Shown here piece by piece: positions 27,029-35,952 of a stretch of DNA of 64,000 nt (within the stretch, counting starts at the first letter, position 1; each line of letters opens with the position of its first letter). The DNA is from Terrimicrobiaceae bacterium (GTDB lineage: Bacteria > Verrucomicrobiota > Verrucomicrobiia > Chthoniobacterales > Terrimicrobiaceae). The stretch is from assembly GCA_044345595.1 (NCBI GenBank), contig JBIJAV010000007.1, forward strand, positions 45,135-109,134, in the 5' to 3' direction. A program made the translations under genes and the position numbers. The notes under the pieces were generated by a model. That model was not told the origin of the DNA, searched no databases, and saw only the letters and a program-made list of their open reading frames with translations.

Positions 27029-29323
27029 TTAGAATTCGTCGAAGGCAATGTGGTTTTTCTCAACGCCCATGCCTTCCAACATCGTGCGGGCGGCCTGGAT
27101 CATGGGTTGGGGACCGCAGAGGTAGTATTCGACGACGGCGGGGTTTTTGTGTTGGCCGAGGTATTTGCGGTGGAGCACCTCATGGATGAAGCCGGTGTGC
27201 GAGGTCCAATTATCCTCTGGGAGTGGCTCGGAGAGGGCGATGTGGAATTGGAAGTTGGGGAACTTCCGCGCAAGATCCTCGAAGTAGTCTTGATAGAAAA
27301 CCTCCTGCCTCGAGCGGGCTCCATACCAGAAGCTGACTTTGCGTCCGGTTTTCAGGGTTTCGAAGAGGTGTGAGAGATGGGACCGGAGCGGGGCCATGCC
27401 AGCTCCGCCGCCGAGGTAGATCATTTCGTTTTCGGTTTCCTTCACGAGGAAGTCGCCGAAGGGACCAAACGCCTTCACGGTGTCGCCGGGCTTAAGATTC
27501 CAGACATACGAGGAACCCACTCCGGCTTTGCAGTCCTGCCCGCGCGGAGGCGTGGCGATGCGGACATTGAAGCAGAGTTGCGTGTCTTTCTCGGGATTTG
27601 TCGCGAGCGAGTAATTTCGGCGCACCTCGGCGTGGTTCTCGGTGGCGTAGTCAAAGACATGGTTGGCCTTCCAGACGGCGTTGAATGGCTCGCGGACATT
27701 GAAGTTTTCGAACGAAATCTTCCCGTAGGCGGGGATGAACATTTGTATGTATTGGCCGGCCTGGTAGTTGAGCTTGGGCGTGTCGGGAAGAGGCTCGAGG
27801 ACGACTTCTTTGATAAATGTGGAGACATTCTCGTTGCTCACGACGCGGAAGTTGTAGGCCGTGGCGGCTTGTTTTGCGCCTTCGCCACCGGCTTTGTAGA
27901 CATTCATGAAAATCCGGCCCTCGGTGACGCGGACCGGGTAGGTTTTGAGGGCGATGCAGACTGGTGGTCGCTGGGTCGAACCATCACGCATATCGAAGCG
28001 GCCATTGTGTTTCGGGCACTCGATGAGGTTGCCTTTGACCATGCCGGTGGCGAGGTGCGTGTTGCCGTGAGTGCAAATGCCATCGGTCGCGTGGTATTGG
28101 TCATCACCCGAGCGGTAGACGGCGTAAGTGCTGCCGCCGTAGTCGAAGCGTAGCACATCCTCGCGCAGGAGCGCATCCGCAGGGGCGACTTCGATCCAAC
28201 CTTCGGCGTCCGCCATGCCGGTTGAGACGATGGTTTTTGCCGCCTCATTGGCGGCGGAGCGCACGGTGGGCGTCGGGAGAACGCGCTTCACAAAATAGCC
28301 GGGGTCTTTGACCTGACGCAGAACGGCGGGAATGATCTCGCTCCACGCATGGAAGATGCTGCGGTAGGGAGTCGGCATGTCGGGCTTCACGACTTCGTGG
28401 AGCTTCGGCAGGTTGTGATACGGCACGAGCGGGAACATGTGGTGCTCCACATGGTAGTTCATGTTCCAATACAAAAACCGGTTGATCGGATTCATATAAA
28501 CCGTCCGGCAGTTCATGCGGTGGTCGAGCACATTTTCGGCAAGACCGGCGTGCTGGGTGAACCCGTAGATCGGCATCATCCAAGCGCCGAGGAGGTTTGG
28601 CAGGCCGATGTAGAGAAGGGGCAGGATGCTCTGAAAATAAAAGCACGCGCCGATCACAGCGAGGTAGATGGCAAGGTAGATGCGGGCCTTGAGATAAATC
28701 GTGGGACGCGCCGACTCGGGGATGTAGGTCGCCTCTTCGGCATCCAGACGGCCTGCGGCGTGGCGGAACACCTTTTTGAAATAGGCGATGGCGGCGGGGT
28801 AGCCGAGAAATGTGGTGAGGAAGTTTTTGATGCTGGCCGGGCGGGGAACGGCGATTTCTGGGTCGCGTCCTACGACGATTGTGTCGCTGTGGTGACGGGT
28901 GTGACTCCAGCGCCAGACCGTGCTCTCGCGCATGACCATGAAGGAGGAAATCTCGTAGAGCGCGTTGTTCAGCCAATCGCTCTTGAATGCAGTGCCGTGG
29001 CTCGACTCGTGCCAGCGGGAATCCGAGGTCGTGCCGTAAATGACCCAGTATGCCATGAAGGGAACCAGCGCCCAGGCGCTTGGCCAGAGGAGGAATCCAG
29101 CGTAGCCGAAAAGTCCGAGCAGACCGAACCAGATGATTGTGTCGCGAATGGCGGGGCCGTTTTTGCGCTCGAGCAATTGGCGCATGACATCACGCGGCAC
29201 GGGGGATTGATACCACTCCGCTTCGGCAAGGCCTTTTTCGACGGCCAGTTTGGAATTCACACCGACGAGACTGTAGTCACTCAGTTGATGGGGTTTTGAA
29301 TCGGATTCGGCAACGGCACTCAT
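27029..29323 (-). CDS. Three-domain fusion: membrane fatty-acid desaturase/hydroxylase, Rieske [2Fe-2S] ferredoxin and FNR-type FAD/NAD(P)H reductase
   Basis: His boxes HESSH, HTRHH and HVEHH. Rieske ligands CTHG...CPKHNGRF. Reductase motifs RNYSLAT, GGGAGMAPLRS and YLCGP. ATG chosen at 29323 (764 aa). Confidence 0.8.
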   Translation of the reverse strand: MSAVAESDSKPHQLSDYSLVGVNSKLAVEKGLAEAEWYQSPVPRDVMRQLLERKNGPAIRDTIIWFGLLGLFGYAGFLLWPSAWALVPFMAYWVIYGTTSDSRWHESSHGTAFKSDWLNNALYEISSFMVMRESTVWRWSHTRHHSDTIVVGRDPEIAVPRPASIKNFLTTFLGYPAAIAYFKKVFRHAAGRLDAEEATYIPESARPTIYLKARIYLAIYLAVIGACFYFQSILPLLYIGLPNLLGAWMMPIYGFTQHAGLAENVLDHRMNCRTVYMNPINRFLYWNMNYHVEHHMFPLVPYHNLPKLHEVVKPDMPTPYRSIFHAWSEIIPAVLRQVKDPGYFVKRVLPTPTVRSAANEAAKTIVSTGMADAEGWIEVAPADALLREDVLRFDYGGSTYAVYRSGDDQYHATDGICTHGNTHLATGMVKGNLIECPKHNGRFDMRDGSTQRPPVCIALKTYPVRVTEGRIFMNVYKAGGEGAKQAATAYNFRVVSNENVSTFIKEVVLEPLPDTPKLNYQAGQYIQMFIPAYGKISFENFNVREPFNAVWKANHVFDYATENHAEVRRNYSLATNPEKDTQLCFNVRIATPPRGQDCKAGVGSSYVWNLKPGDTVKAFGPFGDFLVKETENEMIYLGGGAGMAPLRSHLSHLFETLKTGRKVSFWYGARSRQEVFYQDYFEDLARKFPNFQFHIALSEPLPEDNWTSHTGFIHEVLHRKYLGQHKNPAVVEYYLCGPQPMIQAARTMLEGMGVEKNHIAFDEF

Positions 29324-29527
29324 GATTGTGTGGGGTGGTTGTGTGTTGTGGGTTTTATTAGTCGGGAATTGGGTTTGCGACTTTTCTGGGTTGCCGCATT
29401 CATTACTTATCAGCGAGTCAACGATAGAGGCGGAGTATTTTTTGCCAATGGGCAGGAGTTCGTTAAATATGCACAAAATTCGCATTTCGACTTGTAGCTG
29501 GTTTGGGAGTGCTGCGAGAATTTCGGT

Positions 29528-30421
29528 ATGGACCCGATATCCGTGTCGCCGCGCTTGGAACTCAAATATATCTACGGCTCGGTGGTTCACTATCGGCCGG
29601 GGGACAAGCTCGCGCCGCGTGTGCTGCAGGATTTCGAGTTGGTTTTGATGATCGAAGGAACGGCGAACTATCGCTTAGGGGCGGTGGACCACAAGGCGCC
29701 GCCGGGGAGTTTGATTCTGGCTCGGCCAGGCTTTCAGGAGACCTACATCTGGGATGCGGGTGTGGCGACTCGGCATGCGTATGTGCATTTCGATTTTGCA
29801 GCAGTTCCCGGCGAGTGGCCCAGGATGAGCAAGTGGCCGGTATTGTTTAAAAATCCGGACCCCGTCATCGCTCCCATGCTGCGCCACTTGATCGGCCGTA
29901 TCGGTGCTCATGGCGAAACGGCCTGGCCGACCTTGCGCGCATGGCCGGAGGAGAGTCTTTTCATGGAGTGCCTGCTCGGCATCCTCCTCAGGCCATCGCA
30001 AGATGAAGGCCTCGCCGTTGGTGACCGCCTCCCTGAGCCAGTCCACGCCTCGCTGAATTTCATGCGGGGCATCCTCGATACGAATCCGCATTACGCTCTG
30101 CAACTCGGCGAGCTTTCCAAACGCGCCGGAGTCACGGAAAAGCACCTCTGCCGGATCTTTCAAACTTCACTCGGCCATGCGCCGATGGAGACATTCCGCC
30201 TTCTCAAACTTCAGCTCGCCATGGCCCTGCTGGGCCGATCGAGTCTGGCGATAAAGGAAATCGCCGACCGCTGCGGCTTTGAGAATCCGCTTTATTTCAC
30301 CCGTTGCTTCACGCGAGTGTATGGAAAATCCCCCACGGAAACGCGCCAGTCGCTGCTCAAGCAGGAAGCCCCGCCATCCAATCCCCTGCCACCAGACATT
30401 GCGCCGAGGATTTATTGGTAA
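29528..30421 (+). CDS. AraC-family transcriptional regulator
   Basis: C-terminal double HTH (LGELSKRAGVTEKHLCRIF...IKEIADRCGFENPLYFTRCFTRVYGKSPTE). Divergent from the desaturase fusion. Confidence 0.85.
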   Translation: MDPISVSPRLELKYIYGSVVHYRPGDKLAPRVLQDFELVLMIEGTANYRLGAVDHKAPPGSLILARPGFQETYIWDAGVATRHAYVHFDFAAVPGEWPRMSKWPVLFKNPDPVIAPMLRHLIGRIGAHGETAWPTLRAWPEESLFMECLLGILLRPSQDEGLAVGDRLPEPVHASLNFMRGILDTNPHYALQLGELSKRAGVTEKHLCRIFQTSLGHAPMETFRLLKLQLAMALLGRSSLAIKEIADRCGFENPLYFTRCFTRVYGKSPTETRQSLLKQEAPPSNPLPPDIAPRIYW

Positions 30422-30468
30422 ACTCGCCACACGGGACTATCACCACCCGAGGCGTGACACGCGGGCTT

Positions 30469-31215
30469 TTACTTCGCCTTGCCTTGATTGGCGACGGCGT
30501 TCATTGCGGCTGCAATAGCCTCCTGATCGCCGAGGTAGTAGCTTTTGATCGGCTTGAGATTGTTGTCCAATTCGTAAACCAAAGGAATGCCGGTCGGTAT
30601 GTTAAGCTTCAGAACCTGCTCTTCTGTGAGGTTGTCGAGATACTTCACGAGGGCGCGGAGGCTGTTGCCGTGGGCGGCGATGATCACGCGCTTGCCGGAC
30701 TTCACAGTCGGGGCGATTTTTTCATGCCAGAGTGGAAGGAAACGATCGACAGTGTCCTTCAGGCACTCGGTGAGTGGGAGTTGGGACTCGGCGATGCCGG
30801 CATAGCGGGGATCGTGTCCGGGCCAACGCTCGTCGGATTTCTCAAGCGGAGGCGGCGGAATGTCGTAGCTGCGGCGCCACACGAGAACTTGCTCGTCGCC
30901 GAACTTGGCGGCCGTCTCGGCTTTGTTGAGACCTTGGAGTGCACCGTAGTGGCGCTCGTTGAGACGCCAGTCTTTTTCCATTGGAATCCAGAGTTGGTCG
31001 AGTTCGGTCAGGACGCCCCAGAGGGTGTTGAGGGCGCGTTTCAGAACCGAGACATAGGCGATATCGAAGGTGAAGCCTTCCTTTTTGAGAAGCTCGCCAG
31101 CGGCCTTCGCTTCGGCGCGGCCTTTGTCGCTGAGTTCGACATCGTGCCAGCCAGTAAAGCGGTTTTCTTTGTTCCAGGTGCTTTCGCCGTGGCGGATGAG
31201 GACAAGTTTATGCAT
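30469..31215 (-). CDS. gpmA: 2,3-bisphosphoglycerate-dependent phosphoglycerate mutase
   Basis: [20 protein letters not shown]...ERHYGALQG...[10 protein letters not shown]. Confidence 0.9.
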   Translation of the reverse strand: MHKLVLIRHGESTWNKENRFTGWHDVELSDKGRAEAKAAGELLKKEGFTFDIAYVSVLKRALNTLWGVLTELDQLWIPMEKDWRLNERHYGALQGLNKAETAAKFGDEQVLVWRRSYDIPPPPLEKSDERWPGHDPRYAGIAESQLPLTECLKDTVDRFLPLWHEKIAPTVKSGKRVIIAAHGNSLRALVKYLDNLTEEQVLKLNIPTGIPLVYELDNNLKPIKSYYLGDQEAIAAAMNAVANQGKAK

Positions 31216-31347
31216 GGATTCTGATAAATGAGGCGGCCCTTATAGTGGGCTCCCATCGGCTTTGCAATTTTTACTCGTTGATTCAAACGCTTCAAAACGA
31301 CGCGTTCGAGGTTGCGTTTGAGTGCTTGAGAAGTTCAATCTCGCGGC

Positions 31348-31728
31348 ATGGGATTTTTAAGCGCTCTTATTGGCAATGCCTCGGAGGTCGATGCCTCGAA
31401 GTTGGAGAATGAATTTTCCCAACTCCTCATAGACGGTGAGGAAATTCAACACGCCTACAAACTCTTTCGCGACCTCATCGTGTTCACCAACCTCCGGCTT
31501 TTCCTCGTAAACAAACAAGGCATGACAGGCAAGAAGCGGGAATACACCAGCGTCCCTTACAAAAGCATCGACTACTTCACCAAGGAAACAGCGGGTCACT
31601 TCGACCTCGACGCGGAAATCAAAATCTGGATCAAGAGCCGCCCAGAACCGATCTCCCTGGAGTTCAAAAAGGACACCCACATCCACGATGTTTTTAGAGT
31701 GTTGAGTTCCCACTCTCTTGCGGTCTGA
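31348..31728 (+). CDS. Bacterial PH-domain protein (YokE-like)
   Basis: 126 aa. EEIQHAYKLFRDLIVFTNLRLFLVNKQGMTGKKREYTSVPYKSI is typical of bacterial PH domains. Confidence 0.55.
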   Translation: MGFLSALIGNASEVDASKLENEFSQLLIDGEEIQHAYKLFRDLIVFTNLRLFLVNKQGMTGKKREYTSVPYKSIDYFTKETAGHFDLDAEIKIWIKSRPEPISLEFKKDTHIHDVFRVLSSHSLAV

Positions 31729-31766
31729 CCAATCGGACTGCCACTGGCAGGTGAGGGAGGAGTAAG

Positions 31767-31840
31767 TGGAGCGGGTAGAGGGAATCGAACCCTCATGGCC
31801 TGCTTGGAAGGCAGGAACTTTACCACTAAGCTATACCCGC
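31767..31840 (-). tRNA. tRNA-Gly (anticodon UCC), CCA encoded
   Basis: Hand-folded cloverleaf. Acceptor stem GCGGGTA/TACCCGC, anticodon stem CCTGC/GCAGG with loop CU-UCC-AA, T arm GAGGG-TTCGATT-CCCTC, and 3' TCCA. Confidence 0.9.
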
Positions 31841-32008
31841 TTGAGGTATCCCAACCTATGCGTTGCCTCGGTGAAGTCAATTCCAAAAAGCGATCAACCT
31901 TCGAAAACTTCTCGCTGCTTCAAGTTCACGCTGGCAGCCTTTTTCATCATCGCGTTTTTCGAGGCTCACCTCTGTTTCCAATCGCCTAAAAAAAATCGCT
32001 CCGGATGC

Positions 32009-32036
32009 TTGACTCCATGCGGAGCTGTGGTATACA
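32009..32036 (+). promoter_or_regulatory. Candidate sigma70-type promoter for rpoA-rplQ
   Basis: TTGACT-N16-TATACA, about 110 nt upstream of the rpoA ATG. Sequence match only. Confidence 0.3.
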
Positions 32037-32147
32037 GACCCACTTGCGCGAAATCAGAAAGTCGCCGTTGGTCCTGTGGTCGTCATCTTTGATGCTCGGC
32101 CGAAAGCGCACAGGGAAACCCGGCAATATTGCAGAAACAATACACAC

Positions 32148-33158
32148 ATGCCAATTCGTCTTGGTCGGTTTGAAATGCCGAAATCCCTCGTCAAAGAGGA
32201 AAAGTCATCCACAGATAAATATGCTCTTTTTGTTGCCGAGCCTTTCGAGGCCGGTTACGGGCACACTATCGGAAACTCCCTGCGCCGCGTCCTTCTCAGC
32301 TCTCTCGAAGGCGCTGCCATCACTTCGGTAAAAATCGAAGGCGTTCAGCACGAATTCAGCACTCTTCCCGGAGTCGTTGAAGATGTCGTGGACATCATTC
32401 TCAATCTCAAAAAAATCAAATTCAAAGCCCATGACCACGAGCCCCGCACTCTCAAGCTCGCAGTCAACAAGGAGGGCGTCATCACAGCCGGTGACATCCA
32501 GAGCACGAACCAGTGCGAGGTTTTGAACCCCGAGCAGATCGTCTGCACGCTGGACAAGAAAATGAAGTTCGAGGCCGAGTTCGAAGTGAAGGTCGGCCGC
32601 GGATTCGCCACCGGTGATGAAAACAAGCGCTCCGACCAACCAATCGGTGTGATCGCCATCGATTCGATCTTCTCGCCAGTGACCCGCGTCAAATACGCTG
32701 TGCAAAACACCCGCGTTGGCCAGCGCACGGACTACGACAAGGTCATCCTCGAAATCTGGACCGACGGCCGCATCACTCCCGACGATGCCCTTCTCCAGGC
32801 TTCCGCCATTCTGCGCCACCACTTGGATGTCTTTGTCGGATTCAGCGAAAATGTCGTTGAATTTGATGAAACCCCACAAGAGGTCAGCCAGGAAAACAGC
32901 CGCCTCAAGAAGCTCCTCAACATGAGCGTCAACGAGATCGAGCTGTCCGTTCGCGCGGCAAACTGCCTCAACAACGCAAACATCACTTCCGTGGGACAAC
33001 TCGCTCTCAAGAGCGAAGCCGAGATGCTCAAGTATCGCAACTTCGGCAAAAAATCCCTCAACGAAATCAAAGACAAACTCACCCAACTCGGTCTGGGCCT
33101 CGGTATGAAGCTCGACCAGGGTCTCATCGAACTCCCTGCTGTGGAGGAATCCAAATAA
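32148..33158 (+). CDS. rpoA: DNA-directed RNA polymerase subunit alpha
   Basis: EPFEAGYGHTIGNSLRRVLLSSLEGAAITSVKIEGVQHEFS, with the C-terminal domain ELSVRAANCLNNANI..VGQL...NFGKKSLNEI. Confidence 0.9.
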   Translation: MPIRLGRFEMPKSLVKEEKSSTDKYALFVAEPFEAGYGHTIGNSLRRVLLSSLEGAAITSVKIEGVQHEFSTLPGVVEDVVDIILNLKKIKFKAHDHEPRTLKLAVNKEGVITAGDIQSTNQCEVLNPEQIVCTLDKKMKFEAEFEVKVGRGFATGDENKRSDQPIGVIAIDSIFSPVTRVKYAVQNTRVGQRTDYDKVILEIWTDGRITPDDALLQASAILRHHLDVFVGFSENVVEFDETPQEVSQENSRLKKLLNMSVNEIELSVRAANCLNNANITSVGQLALKSEAEMLKYRNFGKKSLNEIKDKLTQLGLGLGMKLDQGLIELPAVEESK

Positions 33159-33164
33159 CACGCC

Positions 33165-33587
33165 ATGCGCCACCGTAAGAAAACTGTCAAACTCGGACGC
33201 TCGACCGCACACCGCGATGCTTTGCTCGCTAATCAGGTCTGCAGCCTCATCGAACACAAACGCATCAAAACCACCCTCGCCAAGGCCAAAGCCGTTCGTC
33301 CGCTCGCGGAAAAAATGGTTACCCTCGGCAAGCGCGGTGACCTGCATGCCCGCCGACTCGCCGCAGGCTACCTTGGCCAGAAGGACGCCGTCAAAAAGCT
33401 CTTCGCCGAAGTCGCTCCACGCGCTGCGACCCGCAAGGGCGGTTACACCCGCATTATCAAACTCGGTCAGCGCATGAGCGACTCTGCTCCTATGGCCTAC
33501 ATCGAGTGGGTGGATACAGAAGGCGCCGGCATCGAGGAGGCGGTTGTTGAGACCGTTGCATCCTCGGAAGCCAAGAAGTCCGAGTAA
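33165..33587 (+). CDS. rplQ: 50S ribosomal protein L17
   Basis: MRHRKKTVKLGRSTAHRDALLANQ...IKTTLAKAKAVRPLAEKMVTLGK...GGYTRI. Confidence 0.9.
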   Translation: MRHRKKTVKLGRSTAHRDALLANQVCSLIEHKRIKTTLAKAKAVRPLAEKMVTLGKRGDLHARRLAAGYLGQKDAVKKLFAEVAPRAATRKGGYTRIIKLGQRMSDSAPMAYIEWVDTEGAGIEEAVVETVASSEAKKSE

Positions 33588-33593
33588 ATCCTG

Positions 33594-33627
33594 GCGGGAC
33601 GCCACAGGCTATCCCGCTAAAAATTTT
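33594..33627 (+). terminator. Weak hairpin plus U-tract after rplQ
   Basis: GCGGGA-N12-TCCCGC followed by TAAAAATTTT. Confidence 0.35.
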
Positions 33628-33674
33628 AACCAGAAACCGGTGGAAGATTTCTCCCGAGGAATCCCCTGACGGAC

Positions 33675-33710
33675 CGGGCGGGATCAGCAATGGTCCCGCC
33701 CGTTTCTCTT
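33675..33710 (+). terminator. Strong intrinsic-terminator-like hairpin immediately upstream of argD
   Basis: 9-bp GC stem (CGGGCGGGA / TCCCGCCCG) with a 10-nt loop, followed by TTTCTCTT. It ends 10 nt before the argD ATG. Confidence 0.55.
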
Positions 33711-33720
33711 CCCCAAGACC

Positions 33721-34953
33721 ATGAGCCCGCTCGCCGAAGACTACTCTCGTTTTGTCATTCCCACCTACGGACGCTTCGATCTCGATATCGAGCGCGGATC
33801 CGGGTGCCACATCTGGGACACCTCAGGCCGAAAAATTTTGGACTTTGGTGCAGGCATCGCCGTGTGCTCGCTCGGGCACGCGCATCCCGAGGTCACAGCC
33901 GCAGTCTGCGAGCAGGCTGGCAGGCTCGTTCACACATCCAATCTCTACCTCACAGGTCCGCAGGCTGCCCTAGCCAAGCGTCTGGTTGAGGTGACCGGAG
34001 AGGGAAAAGTTTTTTTCTGCAACAGCGGAGCCGAGGCCAATGAGGGGCTGATCAAATTGGCCCGCCGCTTTGGAAGTGCAACCGGCAGGTCGGGTATTCT
34101 GACCTTCACCGGCTCGTTCCACGGACGCACCATGGCCTGCATTTCTGCAACCGGACAGGAGAAGGTGAAAAAAGATTTTGGCCCCATGTTGTCTGGTTTT
34201 CAGCATGTGCCATTCGGTGATCTCGACGCCGCGCGCGCCGCGCTGGACTCGAATTCCATCGCGATCCTGGTCGAGCCGATTCAAGGCGAGGGGGGCATTC
34301 ATCCCGCCACAGCGGAGTTTCTGCGCGGCCTCCGTGCGCTCTGCGACGAGCGGGATATGCTTTTGCTTTTTGACGAGGTGCAGTGTGGACTCGGTCGCAC
34401 CGGAGACTGGTGCGGATGGCATGCCATCACCAAAGAAGTCCAGCCTGATGGTGTCTCGTGGGCCAAAGGCATCGCCAACGGCTTTCCCCTCGGCGCCTTC
34501 TGGGCTTCCAGCAAGGTCGTCGATGGGCGTGGCCCGCTCTGCGACCTGCTCGGCGCGGGGAGTCATGGAACAACCTATGGCGGAAATCCCGTTTGCTGCG
34601 CCGCTGGCTTGAAGACTCTCGAGATCATCGAGCGCGACGGCCTCCTTGAGAGCAGCCGGGTTCTTGGTGACCACCTCGCCTCGTCCCTCCGTGCGCTTGC
34701 AAGCCCGCTCATTGCGGAAGTCCGCGCTATTGGTCTGATGATCGGGGTCCAGTTGGCTGCTGATTTTCCAAAAACCACACGCCCGCCCGCGCTGGAAGTC
34801 GTCACAAGGGCTATGGCTGCCGGATTGCTTGTAATTCCCGCTGGAGAGACGGTCGTTCGCTTTCTCCCGCCTCTTAATGTGACACGCCAAGAGATCGACG
34901 AGGCCGTGGCAAAATTTTCTGAAACCCTCCGCACACTCGAATCCGAGAAGTGA
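33721..34953 (+). CDS. argD: Acetylornithine aminotransferase
   Basis: PTYGRFDLDIERGSG..W.TSGRKILDFGAGIAVCSLGHAHP...NSGAEANE...DEVQCGLGRTG...AKG. Confidence 0.85.
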   Translation: MSPLAEDYSRFVIPTYGRFDLDIERGSGCHIWDTSGRKILDFGAGIAVCSLGHAHPEVTAAVCEQAGRLVHTSNLYLTGPQAALAKRLVEVTGEGKVFFCNSGAEANEGLIKLARRFGSATGRSGILTFTGSFHGRTMACISATGQEKVKKDFGPMLSGFQHVPFGDLDAARAALDSNSIAILVEPIQGEGGIHPATAEFLRGLRALCDERDMLLLFDEVQCGLGRTGDWCGWHAITKEVQPDGVSWAKGIANGFPLGAFWASSKVVDGRGPLCDLLGAGSHGTTYGGNPVCCAAGLKTLEIIERDGLLESSRVLGDHLASSLRALASPLIAEVRAIGLMIGVQLAADFPKTTRPPALEVVTRAMAAGLLVIPAGETVVRFLPPLNVTRQEIDEAVAKFSETLRTLESEK

Positions 34954-34973
34954 AAGGACCCTCGAGCCATACC

Positions 34974-35888
34974 ATGAAACATCTCCTCTCCATCGAGTGC
35001 CTCAGCGCAGTGGATATCGAAGAAATCCTCAACGACACCGCCCTCATGAAATCCACGCGGGGGCGTCACGCTGCGCATCCGCTCCGGCATCAATGTTGGG
35101 CCCTGATGTTTTCCAAATCCTCCACCCGCACCCGTGTTTCTTTTGAGGTCGGTATCCGCGAACTCGGTGGCGATGCGCTTTTCCTGGCCGCCGCCGATAT
35201 CCAACTCGGGCGTGGCGAACCGATCCGCGACACTGCCCGCGTCATGGGACGAATGCTCCACGGGGCGGTTATCCGGACCTTTGCTCAAAAGGATGTCGAG
35301 GATTTCGCAGCCTTCAGCGGCATTCCGACTATCAACGCTCTCACCGACGAGGAGCATCCTTGCCAAATTTTGACGGATCTTTTTTCGATCCGCGAAACCC
35401 GTGGATCCCTGGATGGATTGCGCGTTGCCTTCATCGGCGATGGCGACTGCAATGTGGCGCGCTCCTGGATCTGGGCCGCCGCCCGCTGTGGCTTTGAGCT
35501 TGTCATAGCCGCCCCGCCGAAATTCCAGCCGCCTGCCGAATTGCTCGAGCGGGCCGGAGGGAAAATACGCCTCACCTCCGATCCCATGGAAGCAGCCGCC
35601 GGAGCCCATGTGCTCTACACCGATGTATGGGTGAGCATGGGCAAGGAAGAGGAAGCCGCCTACAGGATCGCCCAATTCCAAGGCTACCAAATCAACTCCG
35701 AACTCCTCGCCCAAGCCGCGCCGAATGCTTTGGTGATGCACTGCTTGCCAGCCTACCGGGGCAAGGAAATAGATGAAGAGACTCTCGAAGCACATGCGGA
35801 CACGATTTTCCGGCAAGCCGAAAACCGTCTCCACACTCAAAAAGCCATTATGGCCCGACTCGTTAAAAATGCAGAGTCGAGCTGCTGA
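34974..35888 (+). CDS. argF: Ornithine carbamoyltransferase
   Basis: FSKSSTRTRVSFE, HPCQILTDL, DVWVSMG and HCLPAYRGKE. ATG at 34974; a GTG at 34950 overlapping the argD stop is an alternative start. Confidence 0.85.
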   Translation: MKHLLSIECLSAVDIEEILNDTALMKSTRGRHAAHPLRHQCWALMFSKSSTRTRVSFEVGIRELGGDALFLAAADIQLGRGEPIRDTARVMGRMLHGAVIRTFAQKDVEDFAAFSGIPTINALTDEEHPCQILTDLFSIRETRGSLDGLRVAFIGDGDCNVARSWIWAAARCGFELVIAAPPKFQPPAELLERAGGKIRLTSDPMEAAAGAHVLYTDVWVSMGKEEEAAYRIAQFQGYQINSELLAQAAPNALVMHCLPAYRGKEIDEETLEAHADTIFRQAENRLHTQKAIMARLVKNAESSC

Positions 35889-35952
35889 AAATTGACAAAC
35901 TTCCAGTCCTCTGGAATTACTTTGCCACACCTCAAGGTTCACCCGAGCTCAT

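Noticed and set aside
34575-35942. 455-aa ORF antisense to argD/argF. Similar long shadow ORFs include 32205-33605, 47481-49052, 46681-47577, 33970-34890, 9654-10778, 1953-2984 and 3285-4265.
   Set aside because: The opposite strand encodes unmistakable conserved enzymes or ribosomal proteins. High GC suppresses stop codons in antisense and alternative frames. The translated products are low-complexity Arg/Gly/Ala-rich with no recognisable motifs.
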